Notes under the pieces: generated by a model | Told to the model about the DNA's origin: nothing | Database searches by the model: none | What the model saw: only the letters and a program-made list of their open reading frames with translations | Translations under genes and position numbers: made by a program | In this document: positions 26,807 through 36,997 of the stretch, one piece after another | Numbering within the stretch: the stretch's first letter is position 1 | How the letters are laid out: each line of letters starts with the position of its first letter | IMG/VR virus record: IMGVR_UViG_3300021958_011004 | Coordinates: 1-64,000 of that record | Origin: a virus | Lineage: Duplodnaviria > Caudoviricetes | Direction: 5' to 3' (one strand) | DNA: 64,000 nt

Positions 26807-28582
26807 CTATCTTCTACCGTAATACTTCTTTCTTAATAGGGATGCGTGACTCTCACCCAGCTCATAGATTCGTCTTCTTTCTTGAATCTTTCTGTCTTCT
26901 CTTAAATCACCCGCTTTTGGCTTGTATCTAAAGTCAGGTTCTGGAAGGGGGGATAGAGATTGACTGTTAGATTTACTTAGAAAACCAAAACCTTTATCCT
27001 TAGGTTCTTGCATTTCTGTCTTATAAAATTCAGGAAGTTTATTTTTTAATTCTGATTTTGCTGTACTTGATGACATTCCACTATCTTTCAAAACTTTTAA
27101 AAACAAAGCTTTGATAAGATTCGTAACTTTTGTAGGCGTTTCCAAGTTCATTATTTCTTTTTCAAAATGGGATGATTGAACAATACGATTAAAAAGTTCT
27201 TGAGCAAGATTAGAATCTTGATTAATTTGATTTAATAATTCCACAGCCATATTAGTAAGCTCTTTTCTATCATCCTTGGTGACATTAATTTTAGTATTTG
27301 GAAACAAAGCCTTGTTTGATGTAGAAACTATAATCTGGAATTTATCAACCAAACTCAATCCCGGGTCTTTCCTAAATATGTCACTTACAATAGACTTTGC
27401 TTTTAAAGCTCCTGCAGATTTTTCAGGTCTTGAGATTAATCTCATTGCTATTTTTAAACCGCCAAAACCAAACTTTGGAGCATTAATTCTACCACTATCT
27501 GGTACTCCTGCAATTGTTTGTATGATACTTGCTGCTAATGAATCAGCAGAGTCTATAATATCACCTTTAATTTTAGCATGTAAATCAGCTATTTCGGGAC
27601 TTTTTGTAATTGCTTGTGAATTAAAAGTTTCAAAATCTTTTTCAACATCTGAAAGATTTAGTTTGTCAAATAACTTTTCAGGTCTCATTAAGAAGTCTGA
27701 AACATATTGTTTGTCTGCCACGCCTGAAAAGTGTTCAGCTTGTTCATCAGTCACGGGTTCAAGATAATACCTTCTTAAAATATCTGACCTAATCAAATAA
27801 CATCTATCTGTTGCTATAAAGACATAGTATTTATTTTCATCCATCGGAGGAATTGTATTACTGTAGTTATCTTGCGGCGTGGGTTTTTGTGAAGCTTTTA
27901 CTTCTATTTTGTATTTTCCACCTTCAACATCGACGCCTCTACTTGTAGCATCTGTGTGATTGAAAGTCCCCCTTAAGAACAAGCTGCAAATTATTAAAGC
28001 TGCAATTTCCCATCTATCATTATCTTCTTCAAAGTTAAAATCTGTACAAGACATTACATCAAGAATTGATTGAACAGCTACTTCTGGATTAACTCCCTTA
28101 AGATTTTTAACATATGTCGATATAAACTCATTGTTAGAATTAACACCCTTGAAGTAATCTTTTACTGACAGCATCTTTTCTGCTGCTGATGAAGTCGTAA
28201 GTTTTTGAATTTCTTCATCTTCATATTCGTCAAAGGTGGGTATTATTAACGTTGAAGCTGATATATTTTGCGTGTTTTTTCTATTAAGTTCTTCTATTGT
28301 CTCTTTGAAGTATTGGTCTTTTTGAGCAATTGTTTGGATATCGTAGCTCTCATAAGCTCTGTTTCGCTTAGAATCTAAGAGCCCTTTAGAAGCTTCAAGC
28401 ATTCCTGAATCACCACTTGAAAGATTATATGTAATATCATGCAAAATTGGAAATGCAGTATTCTTGTTTGCAGAAGCTCTAGCCTTAACTATAGCTAAGC
28501 TTACAGGGTCATCTTCTAAGCCTGGGGCGATATCTACTGTTTCTTTTATAAGTTCTATTAATTGTCTTCTTGTTATTTTCAT
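26807..28582 (-). CDS. 591-aa protein with MKITRRQLIELIKE leader and internal PD-(D/E)XK-like motif
   Basis: Leader; GVDVEGGKYKIEVKAS; basic C-terminus. Confidence 0.75.
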   Translation of the reverse strand: MKITRRQLIELIKETVDIAPGLEDDPVSLAIVKARASANKNTAFPILHDITYNLSSGDSGMLEASKGLLDSKRNRAYESYDIQTIAQKDQYFKETIEELNRKNTQNISASTLIIPTFDEYEDEEIQKLTTSSAAEKMLSVKDYFKGVNSNNEFISTYVKNLKGVNPEVAVQSILDVMSCTDFNFEEDNDRWEIAALIICSLFLRGTFNHTDATSRGVDVEGGKYKIEVKASQKPTPQDNYSNTIPPMDENKYYVFIATDRCYLIRSDILRRYYLEPVTDEQAEHFSGVADKQYVSDFLMRPEKLFDKLNLSDVEKDFETFNSQAITKSPEIADLHAKIKGDIIDSADSLAASIIQTIAGVPDSGRINAPKFGFGGLKIAMRLISRPEKSAGALKAKSIVSDIFRKDPGLSLVDKFQIIVSTSNKALFPNTKINVTKDDRKELTNMAVELLNQINQDSNLAQELFNRIVQSSHFEKEIMNLETPTKVTNLIKALFLKVLKDSGMSSSTAKSELKNKLPEFYKTEMQEPKDKGFGFLSKSNSQSLSPLPEPDFRYKPKAGDLREDRKIQERRRIYELGESHASLLRKKYYGRR

Positions 28583-28899
28583 AGCAAATCCTTTGCAAAT
28601 AAAATAGCTGCCATTATAAACTGCACAACAGCAAAAACTGTTATCGCCTTTGTCTTAAACAACTTCAAATCTTCAACCTGCAATTGCAACTCTTTCAACT
28701 GAGTCGGTGAAGCCACCTCATCAACACGTGCCTTCCACTTAACCAACTCCTGAACCTTGTCATCCTTGGCCTTCATTGCAGTTATCTCTTGCTTTACATC
28801 TTGTAAGCTCTCATTTAATTCTTTTATTCCTGTTGCCAGAGTTGCCAACTCTTTTAACACAAGCTTCGAATACTCTGCCCATCCATTTTCTGCTGACAT
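28579..28899 (-). CDS. coiled-coil protein with C-terminal TM
   Basis: Heptads followed by AITVFAVVQFIMAAILF. Confidence 0.75.
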   Translation of the reverse strand: MSAENGWAEYSKLVLKELATLATGIKELNESLQDVKQEITAMKAKDDKVQELVKWKARVDEVASPTQLKELQLQVEDLKLFKTKAITVFAVVQFIMAAILFAKDLL

Positions 28900-29145
28900 T
28901 TAAATTTCCTCCGGGTCTAAAACACAAATAATATCTTTTATCCTCTCAGATAAGTCTTCTTTTGTAGCTGATTCATTCCCAGACATCTCTAACAAGATGT
29001 TTAATTGAACTAACACCCAGTTTCTACAATCAATCAATCCAGACTTTTCTTTCTCTTTTTCACATAAATCTTCACTTAATTTTTGAAGCTTATCTAAGCG
29101 AGAAGTAAACGTTGAAATGTCTTTAATGCCCACAATAACACCCAC
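28900..29145 (-). CDS. hypothetical protein
   Basis: ORF track. Confidence 0.55.
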   Translation of the reverse strand: MGVIVGIKDISTFTSRLDKLQKLSEDLCEKEKEKSGLIDCRNWVLVQLNILLEMSGNESATKEDLSERIKDIICVLDPEEI

Positions 29146-29149
29146 AAAA

Positions 29150-29446
29150 CTAACTTCTATAAGTATTACTCGATAATAGAATGTTTCTAATTATTGCCCG
29201 TATCCTTACCTCACTCAATCGTGCGTGAGGAACATCATCAGTCAAACCCATTGCAGTCAAATAATCAGCTATCTGCTGATGAACAGGTTTCTTATTGTCA
29301 ACATATCCACCCTTGTGTCCATCAGGCCATCCACCATGACTTGTGGGTCTGTCTAAATATAAATCTTTAATCGTCTGGCTTTTCTTTTTTCTTTTCATCA
29401 TAATACTCATATAAAGCAGGAACCGTAACCAGCATTGTTGAAACAA
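29150..29446 (-). CDS. hypothetical protein with EVRIRAIIRNILL motif (start uncertain)
   Basis: PTSHGGWPDG; C-terminal copy of the leader-like motif. Confidence 0.6.
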   Translation of the reverse strand: MFQQCWLRFLLYMSIMMKRKKKSQTIKDLYLDRPTSHGGWPDGHKGGYVDNKKPVHQQIADYLTAMGLTDDVPHARLSEVRIRAIIRNILLSSNTYRS

Positions 29447-29549
29447 TTGCTAAAGCTACAATCTCATAATCTTCTATATCTATTCCAAAAGCAAACAAAA
29501 GAAAATTAATTGGAGCACAAAAAAATGCTATAGCCTGACGGAAAGTCAC
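29367..29549 (-). CDS. small membrane protein
   Basis: Two hydrophobic segments. Confidence 0.5.
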   Translation of the reverse strand: MTFRQAIAFFCAPINFLLFAFGIDIEDYEIVALAIVSTMLVTVPALYEYYDEKKKEKPDD

Positions 29550-29550
29550 A

Positions 29551-29766
29551 TTACTCTCTTACTTTTCTTAAGTCTTGCGCTCTCATGTCATATATCTTAC
29601 CATCCATTTCGCTCTCAAAGACAACCATTGTTCTCTTTGTAAAAGCCCCGGCTCCATTTCCAGCAGTAACTGGAACATAATATACCTTGAGAACTTTTCC
29701 TCGATTAGACATGTGGTGTAAACACTCTACAGTATCACCTTCTCTAATGTTCATATGAACCTCCAC
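29551..29766 (-). CDS. small hypothetical protein (GDTV motif)
   Basis: IREGDTVEC...GKVLKV. Confidence 0.65.
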   Translation of the reverse strand: MEVHMNIREGDTVECLHHMSNRGKVLKVYYVPVTAGNGAGAFTKRTMVVFESEMDGKIYDMRAQDLRKVRE

Positions 29767-29778
29767 ATTAGATTATAA

Positions 29779-31410
29779 CTACATCAATGCTTTCTTAAAA
29801 TCTTTTGGAAAGATTCCGCTGTTTCTATTATAGAATCGAGACCAATCGCTATCAAGAATATAAGTCACAGCTGTATCTGTACTTGAACGTACACTTCTGC
29901 CGCAAGACTGTACAATTGTCTTTGCAGTCTGTAATTCATACCAACCCTTATATTTGTTCATCCGTTTCCTGATAACCTGATCACCCAAATAAGGATATGG
30001 TATCTTACAAATAATCTGGAACCTTGACAAATCTTCTTTTAAGTCTACACCTTCAGTCATTGATGGTGACAACAAAACTGTTGGTTTCTTTGCCCGAATA
30101 TGCTCCTGCAACTTAGCATCTCTGTTTTCAGAATTATGTGTGATGATTCGATTGCTTTTTATGTTGCGCTTTAAATAGTTAGCAATTTTATAGGTATGAC
30201 AATGTATCATACCTTTCTCATCAGGGTGCTGCGCTAAGATGGCTTCAACTGCTTCTTTCAATTTTGGCAAGCTAGACTCAATTACTTTTGAACTCATAGA
30301 ACCAATAGAAGCTTGGAAAATAGGTCGGTTCTCTGCAGGGAATGGTGATGGTATGCTAATAGCATTAAAGCTCCTAGAAGTTAAACCAAGTGCATCTGTG
30401 AAAGCATTTGGGTTTAATATGGTAGCTGACAAGAAGATAACCTTCTTACCCATCTTAAACAAGTATTCTTCAGCAAACTTGCTTACATCAATTGCCCTAT
30501 AAATCACCTTTTTGAATCCACGCCTCTCAGTTTCTTCAATTTCCATCACCCAATTATCTGCAGAATAATCTTTAATAAATGCAGTTAACTTTTCTGCGTG
30601 ACCTTTTAACATGTCATACTTCATTGATAGGGTCTGGAAATCTTTTAATCTTGATGACAAACCCATTTTCTCAATCTGTCTTTCAAAGTTTAAAACCTGA
30701 GACTGGACTTTTTGTTGATACTCATCTCTCACCCACTTAAAGAAAGCTACGGGTGTAATCTTGCTAGGCCATTTAGCCTTAACAATCTTCTCACAGAAAT
30801 ATTGACTTATTGAAACCTCAACAAATCTACTCAAAACATCTTCAGTGTTATGGGCCTCGTCAATAACAAGGACATTGCGTGGTGTAATCTTGCCACTATA
30901 AGTAGACTCGGTAATAAAGTATTGAAAGTTTGAAACAGATTCGCGTGATTCAAGATATTTGGCTTTTTTCTTTTTGTATGTACAATTGCCTCGACAGTTT
31001 TTAAAGAAAGCTGAACCTTTGTTTCTTCCTTCCGGTGATGTTCTTAACAACTGTTGTGAGGTTTGACAGTCATTTTGTTTGTGATATGTGCACTGATAGT
31101 TTTTAGCAGAGTAAATAGATTCCATACATCCAGCAGGATTGCCAAAATCTTTTTCATATTGTTCTTGCAAGACTTTTTGCGTTGTTAGAAAGTAAGCACC
31201 TAGTTCAAAGTCTTCTGATTTACCTAATGCTTCATCAACATATCTTGCAACTGTTAAACCAATTGCTGATTTACCAACGCCAGTTCCAGCTTCAATAACA
31301 ACAAACTTTTTATCTTCATCAAGTAGTGTTTGAAGTGCGAAATCAATTGCTTTTTGTTGTTCATTACGAACTGAGTCGTAAGGAAAGTATTTTTTGAAAT
31401 CGTGTGGCAT
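29779..31410 (-). CDS. DinG/Rad3-family SF2 helicase
   Basis: EAGTGVGKS, DEAHN, LSAT, EGVD, QSCGRSVRS; Cys residues for an Fe-S cluster. Confidence 0.9.
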   Translation of the reverse strand: MPHDFKKYFPYDSVRNEQQKAIDFALQTLLDEDKKFVVIEAGTGVGKSAIGLTVARYVDEALGKSEDFELGAYFLTTQKVLQEQYEKDFGNPAGCMESIYSAKNYQCTYHKQNDCQTSQQLLRTSPEGRNKGSAFFKNCRGNCTYKKKKAKYLESRESVSNFQYFITESTYSGKITPRNVLVIDEAHNTEDVLSRFVEVSISQYFCEKIVKAKWPSKITPVAFFKWVRDEYQQKVQSQVLNFERQIEKMGLSSRLKDFQTLSMKYDMLKGHAEKLTAFIKDYSADNWVMEIEETERRGFKKVIYRAIDVSKFAEEYLFKMGKKVIFLSATILNPNAFTDALGLTSRSFNAISIPSPFPAENRPIFQASIGSMSSKVIESSLPKLKEAVEAILAQHPDEKGMIHCHTYKIANYLKRNIKSNRIITHNSENRDAKLQEHIRAKKPTVLLSPSMTEGVDLKEDLSRFQIICKIPYPYLGDQVIRKRMNKYKGWYELQTAKTIVQSCGRSVRSSTDTAVTYILDSDWSRFYNRNSGIFPKDFKKALM

Positions 31411-31438
31411 GTTTCTCCTAGTTGTTGTAGTTTTTATT

Positions 31439-31467
31439 ATTATACAACAAAAAGTTAAACATTACAT
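31439..31467 (-). promoter_or_regulatory. promoter ATGTAA-N17-TATAAT
   Basis: Consensus match upstream of the helicase. Confidence 0.65.
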
Positions 31468-31470
31468 GTG

Positions 31471-31944
31471 TTACAAGCTTTCCAAAAACTTAGAATCTGG
31501 TTTGACTATTTTACCGCCCTTTTCAACAACATGTTCAATGAATTCTTGCATTGTAAATCCACAATCCTCCATTTCTTCAACTGTTGCAACAGCATACTTT
31601 ACAATAAGTTTTCCTGCCTCTAAGTGAAGTTTAATAATCTCTCTATTATTATCGCCGTTTCTATACCCGTAGATTGGCACCATCTTAATAACCCTATAAA
31701 AGATATTGTGTTTAATTTCTATAAGGTCATTAACTTTTGATTCAATTGCTTCTTGTAACAATCTTTGATTTAAAGACTGTAAATTTGATGTCTGGGCCTG
31801 ATTATTACCTGTTAGAGAAGTTGTGTTACTACAATTCGTAACATTATGTGCATAAGCTTTAAAGGCTTTTTGAATTTGAGATTTTCCTCTAATTGGTTTT
31901 GGGAGTTGATTTGAATTAGATTGCTTCTTTTTTATGATTAGCAT
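31471..31944 (-). CDS. hypothetical protein
   Basis: ORF track. Confidence 0.65.
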   Translation of the reverse strand: MLIIKKKQSNSNQLPKPIRGKSQIQKAFKAYAHNVTNCSNTTSLTGNNQAQTSNLQSLNQRLLQEAIESKVNDLIEIKHNIFYRVIKMVPIYGYRNGDNNREIIKLHLEAGKLIVKYAVATVEEMEDCGFTMQEFIEHVVEKGGKIVKPDSKFLESL

Positions 31945-32176
31945 CTTTGCTCCTTATGTCTTTAAGGATTTCTTCCGGGACCATCATGATTACATATCTC
32001 TTCGAAAATGCAAATAGTGGAATTGTTTCAAAAATCTTGTCTGTTTCTGCATCATGCGGCAAGTAAATCACAAAGTGAGGACCACCATCATCTGATTTCA
32101 TTCCAACATGAAACTCACTGTCAGTTGCTTCGACAACAAGCCTTTTAATCTTTTCTATTTCTTCTTTAAATCTCAT
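31916..32176 (-). CDS. hypothetical protein
   Basis: ORF track. Confidence 0.65.
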   Translation of the reverse strand: MRFKEEIEKIKRLVVEATDSEFHVGMKSDDGGPHFVIYLPHDAETDKIFETIPLFAFSKRYVIMMVPEEILKDIRSKDANHKKEAI

Positions 32177-32193
32177 AAGAAGATTATAACACT

Positions 32194-33402
32194 TTATTTT
32201 CTAAATTTTCTAAAAAAGTCTTTTAAAACATCACGATCAAAAGATTCTTCTTCTATGTTCTGTCTTTCTTTTGCTATTTTTCTAACAACTCTTTCATTTA
32301 ACTCTTGATTGTTTGAATGAATAACTTTTTCATTCTTTCTTCTCATTTGTTTGATAGCACTAATTGCATTTTGAATCTGATGAGCTTCTTTTCTGTATCT
32401 GCTTCCTGCTTTTGTTCTAGAACCATAACTTGACTTCAAATGATGCAACTCATCAATAACTTCTTCTAAGTAAGTGGAATACTCAGAAGTCCCTTTTTCT
32501 GCACGTTTGATCTCAAATACAAAATCCGGATCTTCTTTTCCTGAAATGAATTCATCACCCCTTTCAATATCTAGACCGCTTAGCTTCTTGATAAAGTTTA
32601 ATTTTCTTTCCATCGGAAATGTATCAGGTAAAAGATCAGCAATTTGCATTATCTTTTCTGTTCTTTCATCATCTGAAGTAGCATTTCTTAAATCAAAAAT
32701 CATCTTTCTCAGCTTTGTAGAACTTACGTCGGGAGTTTCAAAATCAACGTAGCTTACTGGGAAATCTAGCTCAGATTCAGTTTCTTGAGTCCCGCCTCTT
32801 CTCACACCAACAGAGTTAACAATCCCCTTAGCAAATAATGCATCAATAACTTCAGGTTCAATTTCTCCCTTTCTAACACCCGGTAAGCTTCTTTTAAATG
32901 CTGGTGGACCAGTTCTGGATAAATCTTCAACTGAACTATCTGAATATAGATAAACCTCAGGATCATCAACCAATCCCAAGAAGGGAAAATCAACACCTTT
33001 CATTGCACCACCAAAATCTCTATAGTGTTCAGCAAGACTTCCTACAATCCCATACACATTTGCAACAGGTGCAGGTGCTGCTGTAAAGCCACCTACAATT
33101 TCACCGGGCATAATTATTTTTATTTTCTGAATGTTATCAACATCCATACCAGCAGAAAGCAATTCTCTGAAAACTTTTAACTGTGCTTTTTTAACATCAG
33201 ATGTAACCATGGTCTGACCAGGAAGTCTAGTAAATTTTTTCATCTTTACTTTGTTTACAGTTTTCGTACCCTTCTTTGCACCCTTTGCACCCAACCCGGG
33301 AAACAAAAGTAGCACATCATTTAGCGCTGCTGCTTGTTTGATTACTGCTTCGTGACCTTTATGCATAGGTGAAAAAGAACCTAAATAAACTCCGATCTTC
33401 AT
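32194..33402 (-). CDS. HxGH (cytidylyltransferase-like) nucleotidyltransferase with long C-terminal extension
   Basis: GVYLGSFSPMHKGH; VSSTKLR (SxT motif). Confidence 0.75.
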   Translation of the reverse strand: MKIGVYLGSFSPMHKGHEAVIKQAAALNDVLLLFPGLGAKGAKKGTKTVNKVKMKKFTRLPGQTMVTSDVKKAQLKVFRELLSAGMDVDNIQKIKIIMPGEIVGGFTAAPAPVANVYGIVGSLAEHYRDFGGAMKGVDFPFLGLVDDPEVYLYSDSSVEDLSRTGPPAFKRSLPGVRKGEIEPEVIDALFAKGIVNSVGVRRGGTQETESELDFPVSYVDFETPDVSSTKLRKMIFDLRNATSDDERTEKIMQIADLLPDTFPMERKLNFIKKLSGLDIERGDEFISGKEDPDFVFEIKRAEKGTSEYSTYLEEVIDELHHLKSSYGSRTKAGSRYRKEAHQIQNAISAIKQMRRKNEKVIHSNNQELNERVVRKIAKERQNIEEESFDRDVLKDFFRKFRK

Positions 33403-33432
33403 AAGAACCTCTATTTAAAACTATTATAACTA

Positions 33433-33906
33433 TTACTTTGTGTGCCAATCTGCTATTGAACTTGCCCATGACTCAGGCTTAACTCTACATACAAAACCAA
33501 CACCTGTAATCCAACCCCTGACAAATTCAACAAATTCTCTTGTCCTTGACCTTTTTGTCTTGCCAACATCAGCGTGAACTTCAATATCTGCATCAGGAAA
33601 TCTAGCCCTAATATTTAAAGCTGTTTGAATTGCTATGTTTATCTCTTCAGTTATTTTAGACCTCAAATCAACATATCTTTCTTTTTCAACTCTAAACTTT
33701 TTAAAATAATAATTAGCAATCTCACCATGATTCATATGCATACAAATTGTTATTGCAAATGTACACTTTTGAGAATCAAGCATGCTGTCAGACCCTACGT
33801 AGACAATACCACCAGCTGCAACATATTTCTTTAAATCTTCAACAACATCGTTAAAATCACATTGAGTTCCATCTGCCTTTCGCCAATTTTCCTCAACGTC
33901 TTGCAT
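33433..33906 (-). CDS. RNase H-like YkuK/DUF458 family protein
   Basis: VYVGSDS...KITEE...IEVHADV...KPESWASSIAD. Confidence 0.8.
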   Translation of the reverse strand: MQDVEENWRKADGTQCDFNDVVEDLKKYVAAGGIVYVGSDSMLDSQKCTFAITICMHMNHGEIANYYFKKFRVEKERYVDLRSKITEEINIAIQTALNIRARFPDADIEVHADVGKTKRSRTREFVEFVRGWITGVGFVCRVKPESWASSIADWHTK

Positions 33907-34730
33907 TATAAATACCGCTCACCGCGATCGCATAACATCGTTATGATTACACCTTCTGGTTCATGCATGTCTATATACCTCTCAGCGGATAATATGTTTG
34001 CTCCACTTGAAATACCAACCAACAAACCTGTCTCTTTTGCAAAGTCCTGCATCCGCTTTATTGCATCCTCGGTCTTCACATAGATGAACTCATCCATCAT
34101 TTCTGGATTTAATAGAAAATCTGCGCCGTCATTGATTCCCTGAATACCATGAGATGCATTGTCTTCAGCGGGTTGTGTTAGAACACACTTGACACTTGGT
34201 ACATTTTCATCAATATACTTTTTCATGCCCATCATTGTTCCGCCAGTTCCAGAACCATGAAGATATGCATCCCAATCTAAACCCAACTCTTTCACCTGAC
34301 TATGAATTTCAGGACCAGTTTGCAAGTAATGACATTCAACATTTAGCGGGTTCTCAAACTGATTTGGGCTCCAACCATTGTATTTTTTAACTAGTTCATC
34401 TCTAATTTCAATAGCCTCTTTAAAAGCATTGTCTTCAACAAAAATAATATCAGCACCAAAAGCTTTCATCATTTTTCTACGCTCAATCGACATGTTTTTA
34501 GGCATGATGATGTTACATTTACAACCTAACCGAGCAGCAGCAGCTGACAAAGCAATACCTGTATTACCGCTTGTAGCTTCATAAACCTCAGTTTTGCCCG
34601 GGATAATCTTGCCTGTTTTAACAGCTTCATCAACAATATATTGAACCATTCTGTCTTTGACTGAACCAGTAGGCTGATATGTTTCTAATTTAGCGTAAAT
34701 TCTATCTGTTATCTTTATTAAGGGTGTCAT
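33906..34730 (-). CDS. cysK: cysteine synthase (PLP-dependent, CysK/CysM family)
   Basis: KLETYQPTGSVKDR, EATSGNTGIA, GSGTGGT, IQGI, GISSGAN. Confidence 0.88.
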   Translation of the reverse strand: MTPLIKITDRIYAKLETYQPTGSVKDRMVQYIVDEAVKTGKIIPGKTEVYEATSGNTGIALSAAAARLGCKCNIIMPKNMSIERRKMMKAFGADIIFVEDNAFKEAIEIRDELVKKYNGWSPNQFENPLNVECHYLQTGPEIHSQVKELGLDWDAYLHGSGTGGTMMGMKKYIDENVPSVKCVLTQPAEDNASHGIQGINDGADFLLNPEMMDEFIYVKTEDAIKRMQDFAKETGLLVGISSGANILSAERYIDMHEPEGVIITMLCDRGERYL

Positions 34731-34733
34731 TTT

Positions 34734-36059
34734 TTATATTTTGCTTTGGATGTATTCGATTACTTTATTTACTGCATCAATCATTGCAGGTGAACGATTG
34801 ATGATTCTATTGTTTTCCGGATCTAAAGTTTCTGCAAACTCTTGAATATAAGATTTTAATACTTCATCAGTCAAAGAAGCTTCAACTAAACTTTCAAAGT
34901 TTGATGCTTGTTCTGGACTTAAACTAACACCAATTAATGGTAGAAACTCTGCAGGATTTGAGATTCTGGATTCAAAAGAGTCTGAGTATATTGGTTGAGG
35001 AATTCCTTTGTTTTTTCCTCTCGTGGGAATCTTTTCACCTGTCTTTTCTTTCTTCATTAACCCACCGGGCCATGCCAAAGTGTATTTTACGCTTCCTTCC
35101 TCACCTCTTTCCATTGATTCTTTTTCACCAGCTTTCTTAGCAAAGAATGCCAAAAGAAGATTTCTAAATATCCCCTTAGCTCCAGTAGCAGAACCACCGG
35201 ACATCTGCCATTGAGTATCTTCAGGAGTAGCAGAAGGAATTAAATCTATCTGAACATGACCTAGGCCTTCATAAGGAAATTTAGCGCAAACCAATTGACC
35301 AACAAATTTAACATTTTCAGGACCTAAAATACTAGCAACCTGTTCTCTAATCATTGCCTTATCATTACTATCAACAACTAAATCAATATCACCAGCACCT
35401 CTTTCAGGAGAAGGGTCTCTTGTGCTTCCTGCAGGCAAACCTTTTAAACCGATCTTGTTTAAAACTGCAACATTAAATGCTAAAACTATTGATTTAACAT
35501 CATTAGCAGGAATTCTTCCTTCGTAAGTTCCTTCAAAAGCATTTCCACCTTCAAGCAAAACTTTTCTAATTAATCTTCTTATTATTGATTCATTTTTTGG
35601 AAAAAGCCAATTTCCAGTATTTTCTGCTGGTGTGGGATCTCTTTTTTCAACTCTTGCACCAGTGCCGCCTCTTTCTGCATTTGCTAATTTTTTTTGCAAT
35701 TCGATATAAGCTTCAAGTCCTGTCTTGTCTTTTTTCTCTGATTCTTCTGAGTCAGGTGCATATAATCTACCATATTTCTTAAATAATGCAGCATCCATTT
35801 CTTCAACGCTAGCGTAACCTAAAAACTTAGCAATTTCTTCAGGTGTAGCAATATCATAATCAGTTTCAATAGATGGATATTTACTACCGTATGGAGCCCT
35901 CCCTATGTCTCTAAGTCTATAACCTGTGTTTCCCATGGTAAGATCTGGATGTTTTGGGTTAAACTCTGATGTTGGTTCGTTAAAAACACTTGATTGAAAC
36001 AGAGAAGAATCTAATTGTTCTTTAATTAATTTAATAAGTTGTTTTCTTGTTATTTTCAT
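34734..36059 (-). CDS. Pol-beta-fold nucleotidyltransferase with leader (MKITRKQLIKLIKE) and a second internal ESIIRRLIRKVLLE motif
   Basis: AGST...GDIDL, VQIDL; GGNAF at domain start. Confidence 0.75.
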   Translation of the reverse strand: MKITRKQLIKLIKEQLDSSLFQSSVFNEPTSEFNPKHPDLTMGNTGYRLRDIGRAPYGSKYPSIETDYDIATPEEIAKFLGYASVEEMDAALFKKYGRLYAPDSEESEKKDKTGLEAYIELQKKLANAERGGTGARVEKRDPTPAENTGNWLFPKNESIIRRLIRKVLLEGGNAFEGTYEGRIPANDVKSIVLAFNVAVLNKIGLKGLPAGSTRDPSPERGAGDIDLVVDSNDKAMIREQVASILGPENVKFVGQLVCAKFPYEGLGHVQIDLIPSATPEDTQWQMSGGSATGAKGIFRNLLLAFFAKKAGEKESMERGEEGSVKYTLAWPGGLMKKEKTGEKIPTRGKNKGIPQPIYSDSFESRISNPAEFLPLIGVSLSPEQASNFESLVEASLTDEVLKSYIQEFAETLDPENNRIINRSPAMIDAVNKVIEYIQSKI

Positions 36060-36333
36060 TTTTATTCTCTATAAATTTAATCTTAATTATTAAATCATCT
36101 ATACCTTTAATTATCCTGTGCCATTCTCTATTTCTTATAAAGTAATTTTCATTAATTTTCAATTTTTCTGGTAATAAATTTTCTTTTTGTAAATACCATC
36201 CTGAACCACTTAAAACTTCAATTAATCTATCTTCTTTATCTCTATGCCACAATAATTCTTCATCATCAATATCAATACCAAATCTTCTTATTTGATAATC
36301 ATTACCTTCTTCAATAATCTTATAAGGATTCAC
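36031..36333 (-). CDS. conserved phage protein (cupin-like)
   Basis: ELLWHRDKEDR...GWYLQ..N.LP...WHRIIKG. Confidence 0.7.
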   Translation of the reverse strand: MNPYKIIEEGNDYQIRRFGIDIDDEELLWHRDKEDRLIEVLSGSGWYLQKENLLPEKLKINENYFIRNREWHRIIKGIDDLIIKIKFIENKNENNKKTTY

Positions 36334-36993
36334 TTACCACCATGTATATCTTGACTTAGAACCTGTTAAGCTAGGATACCTTCCTGCTCTACATGCCCAA
36401 TATCTGGCTGAAGTCTTATCCTTTGTTTCTTTGCATCTGTGTCTAGCAGCAAATGATTTTCTAGCTTTAGGATTACTCAATCTCAATTTCATCTCACGAG
36501 AACCAAATGTAACTTTCTTTACATTTCCCGTCTTCGGATCTTTCACATAAACTCTATACTGTCCGCCACTTTTGCCTGGATTTCTAGATGGTTTATTCAG
36601 TTTAACTTTTTTACCTTGATAATAAGATCCTGATTTCTTCTTTTTAGAAGATTTCTTTTTCTTTTTACGACCCTCGAGAAGATTAAATTCTTCTTCCATT
36701 TCATCATCAATTTCCGCAAGAATTGGATAATCCAAGGCAACTCTTCTACCTTCGTAAACTCCCCATTCTCCTAAATCAGACTTGATTAAATCTAAATCAA
36801 CAGCATCAATCTCAAGCAAACCTTCTTCATACCAGTAACGTGCTTCTCTTATTAAATTGAAATAAGCTTCTGAGCCAGGTCTGAAGATATTTTTTGATAA
36901 TGACAATTCTTTTTCAACGTGATAAAGTAATCCCTCTGAAAAAAGAACCCCTTGAACTATCGCTTCTTGTAGCTTTTGTTTTGTAAATCTCAT
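36334..36993 (-). CDS. putative virion protein with basic C-terminal domain
   Basis: Start set at MRFTKQKL; KVKLNKP..YVKDPKTGNVKKVTFG...ARKSFAARHRC...ARYWAC domain typical of T4-like phages. Confidence 0.7.
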   Translation of the reverse strand: MRFTKQKLQEAIVQGVLFSEGLLYHVEKELSLSKNIFRPGSEAYFNLIREARYWYEEGLLEIDAVDLDLIKSDLGEWGVYEGRRVALDYPILAEIDDEMEEEFNLLEGRKKKKKSSKKKKSGSYYQGKKVKLNKPSRNPGKSGGQYRVYVKDPKTGNVKKVTFGSREMKLRLSNPKARKSFAARHRCKETKDKTSARYWACRAGRYPSLTGSKSRYTWW

Positions 36994-36997
36994 AATT

